From the human T2T-CHM13v2.0 reference genome, Homo sapiens, in the NCBI RefSeq assembly GCF_009914755.1, contig NC_060939.1: DNA of 64,000 bases; one strand, written 5' to 3'. Shown in pieces: positions 63,216 through 64,000 of the stretch (its first letter is position 1; every line of letters begins with the position of its first letter). Both the position numbers and the translations under genes were made by a program. The notes beneath the pieces are model-generated. The model did not search any database. It saw only the letters and a list, made by a program, of their open reading frames with translations, and was not told the DNA's origin.

Positions 63216-64000
63216 AGCTTGACCATTAATAATATTAACATAATGATCTTTTTTTTTAGCTTAAAGTTTAGAATAGTTTAAAAATAGTAGTACACGTATT
63301 GTTACTAACAACAAAACTACAAAGAACATTGTAAGTACTTTTTTTCCCTGGTGATATAACCCACTGGATGATATATACAGTCAAAACAGTGAGTTTTAAA
63401 ATCAATTGAAATAATTCTTCAGTTCGTACTTTTGTCACCAATATGATATATAGTTATATATGTTTCCATTATTTTTTAGATATTTAGGGATGACTTTGTA
63501 CTTTCTTTCTGGTTTGAAAATTATAATTCTTTTTTACTGAAGTGTTAGAAATATACAGAAATATGTACAAAAGGTAAATGTACTGCTTCATGAATTATTG
63601 CCAAGTGTGAAAACCCAAGAAACTGCCACTGGGTCAAGAAACAGAACATTAAGTAGGACGTTGCCAGCATACCCGGGGACCCTCTTGTGCCCTCTCCTGA
63701 TCACTGTTCTCTCCGTTTGCGCCAAAGGAAGTTACCATAACTTCCAACTCTATGATGATTTTGCCTGCTTTTGAATTTTATTTAAATTGAGTCATATGAT
63801 ATGTATACTTTGGTATCTGGCTTCTCTTATTTCATATTATGTTTATGGAATCATCCTTGTTGCAGGTACCTGTAGTTCATTTTTAGTGCATGAGTATACT
63901 ACATCACTGGCGATGGGCATTTGGATTGTTTTCTGTATTTGGCTATTATAAACCTTGCAAACACATTTTGATGCACTTGCGCAAGCTCTCTGTTGGGTAT

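Overview
Human genomic DNA, recognised from protein sequence as the chromosome 15q13 segmental-duplication mosaic. All three gene modules are on the + strand. (1) A GOLGA8 core-duplicon gene: 19 coding exons at 1321-11743, 632 aa, most likely GOLGA8H because it lies directly upstream of ARHGAP11B. It has an intronic 7SL pseudogene, two dead GOLGA2-type exons and a ~3.3 kb AT-rich 3' UTR. (2) The human-specific gene ARHGAP11B: CDS 24014-33417, 267 aa. It carries the diagnostic C>G-created splice donor at 32976, which removes 55 nt and gives the 47-aa novel C-terminus, and is followed by ARHGAP11A-derived exons 7 and 8, now non-coding. (3) A truncated ULK4-derived (FAM7A/ULK4P-type) pseudogene segment with four exons (42429-56646) and a decayed U8 snoRNA copy upstream. 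The rest is Alu, L1, MIR, LTR and DNA-transposon sequence. I found no wholly new multi-gene system. The most interesting observations are post-transcriptional and evolutionary: a predicted poly(A)-versus-NMD switch at ARHGAP11B exon 7; an intact ancestral splice route predicting a 333-aa isoform with a complete GAP domain; possible read-through of ARHGAP11B into the exon set used by CHRFAM7A; and compensating frameshifts that leave the ancestral GM130 frame open beneath GOLGA8H. Comparisons with paralogues (GOLGA2, ARHGAP11A, ULK4, CHRFAM7A, 7SL, U8, repeat consensus sequences) are from recall, not from alignments that I ran.
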